Assembly: GCF_000011325.1 (NCBI RefSeq)
Contig: NC_003450.3
Coordinates: 3,270,001-3,302,000, forward strand
Length of the DNA stretch: 32,000 nt
Direction: 5' to 3'
DNA from: Corynebacterium glutamicum ATCC 13032
Lineage (GTDB): Bacteria > Actinomycetota > Actinomycetes > Mycobacteriales > Mycobacteriaceae
Below the pieces are notes generated by a model. That model worked only from the letters and a program-made list of their open reading frames with translations, ran no database searches and was not told where the DNA came from. Positions 9,601 through 16,622 of this stretch are shown piece by piece (position 1 is the stretch's first letter; each line of letters starts with the position of its first letter). A program made the position numbers and the translations under genes.

Positions 9601-11609
9601 ACAGGTAGATCCTTAATATTTCCCTCATTGAGCGCAATGGAGTTCACCATTGCGTTAAAACGGTCATCGTGAGCACGAAGGGCGTTAAGAACCTGCCATA
9701 CAACCTTGAAGCGGCGTGAATCATTTAACGCAGCTGATGGTGCAACACCTGGGGGAACAGCAACTGGCAAGATGATATATCCGTAATTCTTACCTGGAGA
9801 TTTACGCATAACTCGGCCAACCGACTGAACCACATCCACCATGGAATTACGGGGATTAAAGAAGATTACGGAATCCAAAGCCGGTACATCGACACCCTCA
9901 GAAAGGCAGCGCGCGTTAGTAAGAATCTTGGTTTCCATTGACTGGGTAGGAGCTTTAAGCCAAGTTAAACGAGAGTTTCGTTCCAGCGCATTCATTGATC
10001 CATCGACATGCTGGCATGCCACGCTCAAATTGAGGTTGTGCTCATCTACGTCATCGTTTTTAACCTCAAGCTCAGTCGTATAAGCATTGACAACTCGTGG
10101 AAAAGACTCCGCGATTTGCTGAGAAGTCTTAATGTCTCGCGCAAATGCAACAGCTCGTTCCATTGCTGCGTCAGAGCTTGAGAAACCAGTCTTGGTGTCT
10201 TGCTCTTTACCCGAACGCTTTGCCAAGCCATTCCACGCGCCAATAATTGCGGAAGTCATGTCCAGAGTGAGTTCTTCACCAGGTGTTGAACCCAAAACAG
10301 TTAAGGCACTGGCTGCAACTTGCTCATCAACTGTCATCACTACAACTTTGTAGTCAGTAAGCAGGCCTTTTTCTACTGCTTCCCCAAAACCCAGCCGGTG
10401 AAATTCGGGTCCGTAGATTGCTTCATCATCCATGGAAGAAACTTCAGCTGAATGATCTGCAGCCTTGCCCTTCACGGAGTCGTCGAAAAGCCTTGGGGTT
10501 GCCGTCATGTACAGCCGCTTTGCTGCCTTGATATAAGAAGCGTCATGAATGCGGGTGAAGTTTGAAGGGTCTTCTCCAGCCAAGGTGATGCCTGTGGTGC
10601 GGTGGGCTTCATCGCAGATGACAAGATCAAAGGGCTCAGCCCCAGCTTCTTGAGCCGCGTGAACAGCAGGAAGGGACTGGTAAGTAGAGAACACCACGGT
10701 CAATCCTGCTGCTCGCTTACGATGCTCCAGTTTTTCCGCAATCAATGCACCATCAGTACTTACCGGAACTTCAAGATCATAAGCAGCAATATCTTCTGCA
10801 GCCTTGGAGACCTTGGAGTCAGAACATACGGCGACAGGACGAAGATCCATTGTCTTTTGTGCAGTCCACTCTTTGAGTGTTTGCGAAAGCAAGCTGATGG
10901 AAGGGACTAGAAAAAGAATGCGAGCTTTATTGCCATTGAGTCGCGCAACCTCTTCAGAAAGACGCAGGGCAGTAAAGGTTTTTCCGGTACCGCAAGCCAT
11001 GATGAGCTTGCCACGGTCATGAGTTTGGAAGCCTTCAATTGCTTTTTCAATAGCAGTTTGCTGGTGAGGACGAGGGCTATACGGCTCTTTAAGCTGCAGG
11101 TTAATAGTTAATTCAGAACCTGGATAGGCAATATCCCAGTCAATCGGGGATTCCGCAATTGCAGATAGACCAATGCGGTTAGTTGGAATGGTTTGGTTCT
11201 CCAACATCTTTTCCGCATTTGAACTCCACTTATCAGTAGTGGAAATAACGAGTCTATTGCTAAAGGAGCGTGTTCCTTCAGGGGTTTCAAAAGTGCGTCC
11301 CGAGGCTTCAAAGAAGGAATCTAGCTGTCCTTTTGCCAGGGAAGTAGTGGGAAGATAAAACTTGCACTGGATCGCCGTATAAGCATCATCGTCCTTGTTA
11401 TAAGCCACTAAGTCGATGCCAGTATCCATGGTGCCACCGTTATATGGCCAATCGACCCAACGATGGACTTCATCAAACTCAGTGGAGAGAGTGGGGTCAG
11501 ACTTAATGAAGTTGACCATGAGTTTTTCAAAAGCCAAACCCTGCGCAGACTGGGAAGGCAGTGTGCGCAGGGCGGATACAGCATCAGTAATCGTGGACAT
11601 GCATTCCAT
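6669..11609 (-). CDS. Type ISP restriction-modification enzyme (single polypeptide: Mrr-like PD-(D/E)xK nuclease, SF2 DEAH ATPase/translocase, N6-adenine DNA methyltransferase, TRD)
   Basis: 1646-aa ORF. Nuclease core GIDLVA...AIQCK (IQCK at 11361-11372). Walker A MACGTGKT (10977-11000). DEAH (10602-10613). TATP motif III. Motif VI QSVGRVMR (9804-9827). SAM motif DPFTGTGTF (8862-8888). Catalytic NPPY (8526-8537). About 590 aa of C-terminal TRD-like region. The start could be ATG 11609 or ATG 11600. Confidence 0.85.
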   Translation of the reverse strand: MECMSTITDAVSALRTLPSQSAQGLAFEKLMVNFIKSDPTLSTEFDEVHRWVDWPYNGGTMDTGIDLVAYNKDDDAYTAIQCKFYLPTTSLAKGQLDSFFEASGRTFETPEGTRSFSNRLVISTTDKWSSNAEKMLENQTIPTNRIGLSAIAESPIDWDIAYPGSELTINLQLKEPYSPRPHQQTAIEKAIEGFQTHDRGKLIMACGTGKTFTALRLSEEVARLNGNKARILFLVPSISLLSQTLKEWTAQKTMDLRPVAVCSDSKVSKAAEDIAAYDLEVPVSTDGALIAEKLEHRKRAAGLTVVFSTYQSLPAVHAAQEAGAEPFDLVICDEAHRTTGITLAGEDPSNFTRIHDASYIKAAKRLYMTATPRLFDDSVKGKAADHSAEVSSMDDEAIYGPEFHRLGFGEAVEKGLLTDYKVVVMTVDEQVAASALTVLGSTPGEELTLDMTSAIIGAWNGLAKRSGKEQDTKTGFSSSDAAMERAVAFARDIKTSQQIAESFPRVVNAYTTELEVKNDDVDEHNLNLSVACQHVDGSMNALERNSRLTWLKAPTQSMETKILTNARCLSEGVDVPALDSVIFFNPRNSMVDVVQSVGRVMRKSPGKNYGYIILPVAVPPGVAPSAALNDSRRFKVVWQVLNALRAHDDRFNAMVNSIALNEGNIKDLPVETEHTGPTSKDRDNAPYDSAESATQYVLFSLEQWQEAIYTKLVDKVGTRTYWEDWADDVADIAQAQITRIKALLDNASPTIKEEFERFVEGLRGNLNESISDDEAISMLSQHLITAPVFDALFAESSFAKQNPVSQVMQRMADALNSAELNSETEKLEKFYDSVRIRAAEVSSAAGKQAVIKDLYERFFKKAFKKQSEALGIVYTPVEIVDFILRAADDVSKKHFGRGLSDKDVHVLDPFTGTGTFMVRLLQSGLIKPEDLARKYANELHATEIMLLAYYVAAVNIETTYFGLEGERALRNGEDAPVYEPFDGIVLGDTFQMYEDDDKLDLDVFTANNDRMERQRLTPVQVIVGNPPYSVGQSSANDNNANLKYPTLDRRIEDSYAKYSTATNKNSLYDSYLRAFRWATDRIHTQGVVAFVSNNGWVDGNTADGVRLSLAQDFSEIYVFNLRGNSRTGGDLAKREGGNVFNVRVGTQIIVAVKNPQLSGCRILYKDIGDNLSADAKLNEIAVATIEGAEWQTISPNEYGDWISQRSVDFDTWPVLGDKKNKSALKVFQTFSAGLKTGRDAWCYGPTSAQVKTNITRLLETYEQAQQRFNSWVVDNGVTSPKEADVNQFLKQNPDLADSKKISWDSNLKMSLSRGDTFSFDPSSIQMSLYRPFFPQQTYFHVSLNQRRYQLPSMFPTPEHDNQGFYIVNPGSAKPFSTLATNLLPDLAMWGSNAGQFFTRWTWEPIETREGELDFGNGLFSTTPKKGVEGEILDGYRRVDNITDEILKLYQSSLGEDVTKDDIFYFVYAQLHDPAYREAYAADLKKMLPHIETPTDRARFDHFVTAGKELMDLHINYEDVEPWDVEVKVKEKADPTDRETWRVTKMKWAKVRDPETKKLVEDHTTLIYNSSITISGIPEEAENYQLGSRSAIAWLIDRYQVKKDKASGIVNDPNDWADEVGNPRYIVELIAKVTRVAVETMRIVEEL

Positions 11610-11663
11610 TGTGTCCTATTCACTCAAAGGACATGTCCATTTGGTGGTCTTAGATTCGAAGTG

Positions 11664-12173
11664 CTACTTCAGGCTAACGAGCCAGCCGGTGCGGGAGGAT
11701 TCCTTCTGGAAGCACTGCTCGCAAACGTCTTCTGGGATGACGCCGTAGCGCATGAGCTTGCCGAATCCCCAGCAACCGAGGCAGATACCAAAGACGGATT
11801 CTAAGGTGGCTGCTGCGATGAGCATGACTAGGACTACGGAAGCTGCAACGTTAAATCCAAAGGCCATAAGGATAAGGGAAGTACCGCTAAAGCCCAGGCC
11901 GATGGTCTGCGCGAAGCGCTTTGGTGGGCCAGGGGTCAGGATCGGTGCTTTCTTCAGCAGTGGTACAAGTACGTGTACTGAAAGACGTCCAAAGGGGGAG
12001 TAACGGGGTCCGCCGGCGACGCGCAATGCGAAGCCGAAGGTCAAGATGCTTGCCAAAATAATACGAAGGTCACCAGAGGCAAAAAGCGTGGCGGCGCTCA
12101 GCAAAACAACCAAACCCGCAGTGCAGCGAGCTGCATATTCGTTAACGGGGTTAGGGAAATCAAAAACGGCCAT
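11664..12173 (-). CDS. DUF4395-family small membrane protein
   Basis: 169 aa with 4 predicted TM segments. The conserved PPKRFAQ and FGICLGC patterns are remembered from DUF4395 proteins. Confidence 0.6.
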   Translation of the reverse strand: MAVFDFPNPVNEYAARCTAGLVVLLSAATLFASGDLRIILASILTFGFALRVAGGPRYSPFGRLSVHVLVPLLKKAPILTPGPPKRFAQTIGLGFSGTSLILMAFGFNVAASVVLVMLIAAATLESVFGICLGCWGFGKLMRYGVIPEDVCEQCFQKESSRTGWLVSLK

Positions 12174-12290
12174 CGCTGGGTTCTCCTGTAGAGAGGTAAT
12201 AAATTCTTAAAACTAATCACTTATGAACTAGTTGTTCTATGAAGCATAGACCTATTGGTCTACTTAGGCAATAGGTGCTTTAAGCAGCGG

Positions 12291-12326
12291 AAATCCCCGT
12301 GTTAGCAGTCACTAACACGGGGATTT
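12291..12326 (-). terminator. Hairpin downstream of the thiD remnant (terminator-like)
   Basis: 15-bp perfect stem, aaatccccgtgttag (12291-12305) with ctaacacggggattt (12312-12326), and a 6-nt loop, 18 nt from the thiD' stop. No strong T-run. Confidence 0.45.
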
Positions 12327-12344
12327 GATCGGTATTTTAAAACT

Positions 12345-12755
12345 CTACTTGTTGTCCTCAGCAAGCCATACGGAGGTAAAAGGTGCGTTGGATGCAACAG
12401 CATCTTGAACCGCACGGGTAACCACACGCTTTGCGGTTGCCACTGCGTCTACAACCTCAGCACCCTTTGCGAGCTCTGCGGTGATAACAGCTGCGAAGGT
12501 GCAGCCTGCGCCGGAAACGCGCTCTTCACCAATCTTTGGCTCAGAGAAGACGTGGTAGGAGGATCCGTCGAAAAGCACATCCACGGCGTTCTCGCCGGGG
12601 AAGTCCATGCCACCCTTGACGACTACGTACTGGGGGCCTTGCTCATAAATGAGGCGGGCAGCCTCCTTGAGGTCCTCGACGGTCTCAAGCTTCTCAAGGC
12701 CGGAGAGGGTGGAAGCCTCGAAGTTATTTGGGGTAACGACGGTTGCTTGAGGCAG
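12345..12755 (-). pseudogene. 5'-truncated thiD paralogue (hydroxymethylpyrimidine/phosphomethylpyrimidine kinase fragment; only the C-terminal ~136 aa retained)
   Basis: Translation from LPQATVVTPNNFEA to ...SVWLAEDNK aligns colinearly with residues 131-266 of the intact thiD at 17391-18191, at roughly 85% aa identity by eye. The upstream part of the 200-aa ORF is merely the antisense of the neighbouring gene. Confidence 0.8.
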
Positions 12756-13105
12756 AAGTTCTACCCCTTGATCTTTCCCCGTTGTGGAATAAAGTTCACA
12801 CCATCGTATCTTCAATCCCTGCAGGTCATTGGGCGAGTTACGGAGATGTTGCAGTGGCAGCCGGAACAAATGCTCAGTCCATTGGTAACCATCTTGCTGA
12901 ACACCCAGTACTAAACGCTCATCGAGTTCTAAGAACAGATGGGTCAATCTCAGATGGTTTCAGATGGTTAAACGCTGAGGAAACCCGCTCACCAAAAGAA
13001 GTATTGGAAAGTGAAGGTGTGGAATTTACTTCTTCCAATAGGGCAAACCCTCAACAGCGATTGACTCCAGAGGAATTGCTCGCCTTCTTTGCAGCTGAGA
13101 ATTAA
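12743..13105 (+). CDS. MGMT-family DNA-binding domain protein lacking the catalytic Cys (alkyltransferase-like, YbaZ/ATL type)
   Basis: LWNKVHTIVSSIPAGHWASYGDVA...IGNHL...NAHRVLRTDGSIS...VLESEGVEF matches the MGMT C-terminal DNA-binding fold, with NAHR in place of PCHR. The start is uncertain: TTG 12743 lies inside thiD-derived sequence, and TTG 12782 is an alternative. Confidence 0.6.
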   Translation: MLEAEVLPLDLSPLWNKVHTIVSSIPAGHWASYGDVAVAAGTNAQSIGNHLAEHPVLNAHRVLRTDGSISDGFRWLNAEETRSPKEVLESEGVEFTSSNRANPQQRLTPEELLAFFAAEN

Positions 13106-13119
13106 CTCACCCTTGCCCT

Positions 13120-13138
13120 TATACCCCATAGGGGTATA
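13120..13138. promoter_or_regulatory. CsoR-type (copper repressor) operator-like palindrome upstream of copZ copy 1
   Basis: TATACCCC-ATA-GGGGTATA, a perfect 8+8 inverted repeat 42 nt upstream of the copZ ATG. The G/C-tract palindrome resembles CsoR operators (from memory). Confidence 0.5.
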
Positions 13139-13180
13139 GCCTTGAGGGAGAGAGTACTTCACCTGAAAGGGGCCAGTGAC

Positions 13181-13387
13181 ATGGCATTAAAGAACTACAC
13201 CGTTGAGGGCATGACCTGCGCACACTGCGTGGCATCGGTAACTGAAGAGGTAAGCGAAGTTAATGGCGTTAGCGCTGTTGACGTCACTCTAGAATCAGGA
13301 AACGTCGCTGTCAGTGGCGAAGGTTTCAGCGATGCAGAGATCCAGGCTGCTGTAGAGGAAGCCGGCTACAAGATCGTTGCCTCCTAA
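13181..13387 (+). CDS. copZ: Heavy-metal-associated (HMA) copper chaperone, CopZ-like, copy 1
   Basis: 68 aa starting at ATG 13181, with RBS gaaagggg 7 nt upstream. GMTCAHC metal-binding motif and a ferredoxin-like HMA pattern. The TTG-extended ORF from 13142 is unlikely. Confidence 0.85.
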   Translation: MALKNYTVEGMTCAHCVASVTEEVSEVNGVSAVDVTLESGNVAVSGEGFSDAEIQAAVEEAGYKIVAS

Positions 13388-13405
13388 AGCACCCAAGAAC
13401 ATTTA

Positions 13406-13454
13406 AAAACCTGCCTCTTCACCATTTTATACCTGGTGAAGAGGCAGGTTTTTT
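13406..13454. terminator. Bidirectional rho-independent terminator (copZ copy 1 / MFS remnant)
   Basis: 18-bp stem, aaaacctgcctcttcacc (13406-13423) with ggtgaagaggcaggtttt (13435-13452), an A-run before and a T-run after, between convergent genes. Confidence 0.8.
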
Positions 13455-13470
13455 CGTCGAAAAGCGTGGT

Positions 13471-14310
13471 TTAACCCGGGTTGACCAGCACCTTTGGTGC
13501 CTTAATGGCCGGGGTTGCGGTGACAAAAACTGGGGAGGTTTCAGGAATGAAGCGGGACGCGGTGAAGGCGAAGAGCGCAATGATGATCATGTATACCGCA
13601 GGGGCCAGCGGGCTGCCGGTCCAGGAGACCAATGCGGTGGAGATAAATGGAGCCGAGCCGCCGAAGATTGCGTAAGTGACGTTGTAGGTAATGCCGGCGG
13701 AAGTACCGCGGGTGACCTCTTGGAAGACCTCGGCCATCATTACTGAGGTAACGCAGTTAGCGGTAACCGCGCCGATTCCAAGCATTACCTGCGCAATCAA
13801 AGAAGCAGTCAAAGTACCTTGACCTGCAATGATGTAGGCCGGGATCGCCATAATTACTGTGCTTAAGGTAGCGAAAGCCATGATGTTCCGGCGGGGGAAT
13901 TTATCAATTGCGCGGCCAACAAATGGGGCCACAATTGCTGCCATGCTGAGAGCGATGATGTTTCCAGCCAGCACTAACGTGCCCTCCAGTCCGACGGTGC
14001 TGCGCAGGAAAGTGGTCATGTACGTGGTGAAAATGTAGAAGCTCAGACCGGTGCAAGAGATAAAGCCACCTACCCGCAACATCATCTTCCACTCAGTACG
14101 CAATGCCTGCTTAATAGGAGCTTCGGGGCGTTCGGATGCGGGGCGTACATTTTCCTGGGCACCGGTGCGGATCCACCAGCCGATAAGCCCTAGTGGCACG
14201 GCCATCAGGAATGGAATGCGCCAGCCCACTCCCAACATTGACGTCGGGGCGGGCTGAACGATTGCGAAAAGGCTAGCACACACAATAAATAGAACCCCTC
14301 GCCGAAGCAT
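13471..14310 (-). pseudogene. 5'-truncated MHS-family MFS transporter (C-terminal 6-7 TM only)
   Basis: Homology to ProP-like transporters starts at GWRIPFL, which is about residue 208 in the proP of this window. The apparent N-terminus (MLRRGVLFIV...) is encoded by the terminator hairpin of the upstream gene. There is no room for TM1-5 before the next gene. Confidence 0.6.
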
Positions 14311-14320
14311 TGGCGAGGGG
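14281..14320 (-). terminator. Rho-independent terminator of the siderophore-binding protein gene
   Basis: cccctcgcc (14295-14303) pairs with ggcgagggg (14312-14320) with an 8-nt loop. On the minus strand it is followed by ttctatttattgtg. Confidence 0.6.
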
Positions 14321-14396
14321 GATGGGGACGTCGATAAGCAATTAAGCGCGGCACAAACTGCAAGGCGCTGACCAGCTCAATTGCGGGGTCGAGGGG

Positions 14397-15425
14397 CTAG
14401 GATCCGAGGATGTTTTCGATGTCGTCGAGCACTTCATTGGCGCCGAGAGGACCCAACCCCATGAACCAGCTCTCGTCATTGACCTCCAGGGCATGACCTT
14501 CTTGGACGGCGGGGAGGTTGTGCCACAGCTCGTTGGACAAAATGTTGTCCTGCTCGGTGGCCTCGGGCTTGCCGTAGGTGGAGTAGAAAATCCAGTCGCC
14601 GTTGGCATCGGTGATGTTTTCGGGGGAGATCTCCACGGCAAGATCGTCGATATTTTGGATCTCTGGGCGAGAAAGCCCCAGGTCCTTAAGGATTGCACCG
14701 ATGAAAGAGAGGTTTCCGTACAGGCGGGTGCGACCAGGCATGAAGCGGACGAGTGAGATTTCTGGGCTGCCGTCGATGGTCTCGCGGACTGCATCGACAT
14801 GGGTTTGGTACTCGTTGAGAACCTCGACGGCTTTGCCCTCGAGACCGAGCGCGTCGGCGGTGAGGAGGAAGTTTTCCTTCCAGGGGAATCCGGGGCGAAT
14901 ACTCAGCACGGTTGGTGCGATTTGGGAGAGCTGATCGTAGGATTCGTCGACGCGCAGCTTGCTGCCCAGAATCAGGTCAGGCTTGAGGGCGGCGATGGCT
15001 TCGAAATTGAGCTCACTCGTGGTGCCCACAGTTTGTACATCTGCCAGCTGATTTTCGAGGTAAGCGGGCTGGCTGGAGGCGTCTTTCGGGCTGGCGATGC
15101 CGACGGGAGTCACGCCGAGGCTCAAAACCTGGTCGATTTCACCGCTGTCGAGAACCACGACTCGTTGTGGCTGCTGCTCAAGGGTAGTTTCGCCGCGTGA
15201 ATGCACAACGGTGCGGGGGAATTGGCCTGGTTCGGCGTCGCTTCCCAGAGCGGCGGTGGCGGAATCCGCTGTAGAAAATAGGCGGCCGCCGACAGCTACA
15301 TCGTCGCTGGTGCTTGTGGCTTCATCACTGGCCGTGGAACATCCTGCGATACCCAAAGCCAAAACGGTACCCACGATAACTGCGCTGCGTGAAAGCGACC
15401 TGAAGGTCGTTCGAATAGATTGCAT
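14397..15425 (-). CDS. Iron-siderophore ABC transporter substrate-binding lipoprotein (Peripla_BP_2/FecB type)
   Basis: 342 aa. Signal peptide with lipobox IAGC. VVVLDSGEIDQVLSLGVTPVG and the later segments are typical of class III siderophore-binding proteins. Confidence 0.8.
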   Translation of the reverse strand: MQSIRTTFRSLSRSAVIVGTVLALGIAGCSTASDEATSTSDDVAVGGRLFSTADSATAALGSDAEPGQFPRTVVHSRGETTLEQQPQRVVVLDSGEIDQVLSLGVTPVGIASPKDASSQPAYLENQLADVQTVGTTSELNFEAIAALKPDLILGSKLRVDESYDQLSQIAPTVLSIRPGFPWKENFLLTADALGLEGKAVEVLNEYQTHVDAVRETIDGSPEISLVRFMPGRTRLYGNLSFIGAILKDLGLSRPEIQNIDDLAVEISPENITDANGDWIFYSTYGKPEATEQDNILSNELWHNLPAVQEGHALEVNDESWFMGLGPLGANEVLDDIENILGS

Positions 15426-15443
15426 TAGGCTATCCTAACGCAA
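15425..15443. promoter_or_regulatory. DtxR/IdeR-type iron box
   Basis: TTAGGCTATCCTAACGCAA matches 15 of 19 positions of the consensus TTAGGTTAGCCTAACCTAA. It lies immediately upstream of, and overlaps by 1 nt, the start codon of the siderophore-binding protein gene. Confidence 0.6.
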
Positions 15444-15602
15444 GTTCTTAACCTATTGCCAGTCTTTGGCCATAACTTTCTACGGTTAAAAAGTTGCATT
15501 GACCTGCAAGTTTACTGCTCGGCCGTCACGGGGGAATGGAAAAAGTACGCTTGGTGTTCATATAGCGAACCCATTTTCTATTGCGATGAGAGGAACACCA
15601 CC

Positions 15603-16580
15603 ATGCGCGCAATCACTCACAACACTTTCGGCGACCCCGCCGACGTCCTACAGATTACCGAGAAGGAAATTCCCACTCCCGGCCCAGGTCAGGTTCGTAT
15701 TCAAGTGACGCTGGCAACCATCCACAACCATGATTTGTGGACCGTGAAGGGCTCTTACGGCTTCGTCCCAGATCTGCCGGCCGCCGCAGGCACCGAGGCA
15801 GTCGGCATCGTCGACGCCCTGGGCGAGGGCGTCGAAGGTTTGCAGGTCGGTCAGCGTGTTGCGTCCGGCACCAGCTTTGGCATCTGGGCGGAGTACGCGC
15901 TTGTCGACGCCTCCGGCCTCATTCCCGTACCAGAACAGCTCTCCGACGAAAGCGCAGCTCAGCTCGTCGCAATGCCTTTCAGCGCCATCAGCCTTCTTGA
16001 TTTCCTGGATATGAAACCAGGGGAGTGGCTGATCCAAAACTCCGCAAACGGTGCCGTCGGCCGCATGCTCGCACAGCTGGCAGAATCCCGCGGCATCCAT
16101 GTCGTTGGTCTCGTCCGCCGTGACGCCGGTGTCCAAGAACTCGCTGCTCAAAACATCAGCGGCGTCGTTTCCACTGAGACCCCAGGCTGGGAAAAGCAGG
16201 TCGAAGACATCACCGGTGGCGCAAGCATCGCCGTCGCACTTGATTCCGTCGGTGGATCCTCCGCAGCTGACCTGGTGAAACTGCTTGGCGAAGGCGGCAC
16301 CCTCGTCTCCTTCGGCGCCATGGGCAACCCAATCATGGAAATCCCATCCGGCCCCGTCATCTTCAAGCACATCACCGTCAAGGGCTTCTGGGGAAGCAAA
16401 GTCAGCCGCGAAATGCCAGCAGAGAAGAAAACCCAGTTGTTCGGCGAGCTCATTGCGCGCATACTTGATGGAACATTGACCCTTCCAGTTGATTCCACCT
16501 TTGATGCCGCTGACATCGTCTCGGCCGTGCGCGCCTCCAGCGAGCCTGGCCGTGCCGGAAAAGTGCTCATTCGTTTCTAA
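15603..16580 (+). CDS. NADPH:quinone oxidoreductase-like medium-chain dehydrogenase/reductase (zeta-crystallin/Qor family)
   Basis: 325 aa from ATG 15603 (RBS gagagga). N-terminal GroES-like fold (VRIQVTLATIHNHD) and a Rossmann region (NSANGAVG). The upstream 49 aa of the tracked ORF do not look like protein. Confidence 0.8.
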   Translation: MRAITHNTFGDPADVLQITEKEIPTPGPGQVRIQVTLATIHNHDLWTVKGSYGFVPDLPAAAGTEAVGIVDALGEGVEGLQVGQRVASGTSFGIWAEYALVDASGLIPVPEQLSDESAAQLVAMPFSAISLLDFLDMKPGEWLIQNSANGAVGRMLAQLAESRGIHVVGLVRRDAGVQELAAQNISGVVSTETPGWEKQVEDITGGASIAVALDSVGGSSAADLVKLLGEGGTLVSFGAMGNPIMEIPSGPVIFKHITVKGFWGSKVSREMPAEKKTQLFGELIARILDGTLTLPVDSTFDAADIVSAVRASSEPGRAGKVLIRF

Positions 16581-16622
16581 ACGTTTAAGGCCCATTAGAC
16601 CCCTGATTTAAAAGGATCTCAC

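Larger units (their letters stand above)
5590..11660. other. Putative horizontally acquired two-gene defence islet (GIY-YIG protein plus Type ISP R-M enzyme)
   Basis: G+C is visibly lower than in the flanks: spot counts on 60-nt lines give 33%, 40% and 52% inside versus about 55% at 27.0 kb. The junctions are tight, about 13 nt from a host-type intergenic motif on the left and 54 nt from the DUF4395 stop on the right. No integrase or clear direct repeats. Confidence 0.5.

Noticed and set aside
11629-11638. GGACATGTCC palindrome just upstream of the Type ISP start
   Set aside because: A 10-bp palindrome alone is weak evidence for an operator. No C-protein or controller gene is present. It is noted only.
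5404-11665. Direct repeats flanking the islet (CTTAGATCCTGAAATCT versus CTTAGATTCGAAGTGCT)
   Set aside because: Only about 13 of 17 positions match, with a gap, and the exact shared run is a 7-mer. This is within chance expectation, so it is not claimed as att sites.
12405-12914. 169-aa plus-strand ORF, and 140-aa ORF at 17322-17744
   Set aside because: Both are mirror ORFs antisense to thiD-derived sequence. They are similar to each other only because thiD is duplicated.
15456-15602. Upstream extension of qor. The same issue applies to sigM (29569), trxB (30360), trxA (31359) and copZ1 (13142)
   Set aside because: These extensions begin at weak or alternative starts without an RBS and have non-protein-like sequence. 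In each case an internal ATG with a good Shine-Dalgarno gives the canonical family N-terminus.
15648-16595. 315-aa minus-strand ORF
   Set aside because: It is antisense to the quinone oxidoreductase gene and has no independent signals.
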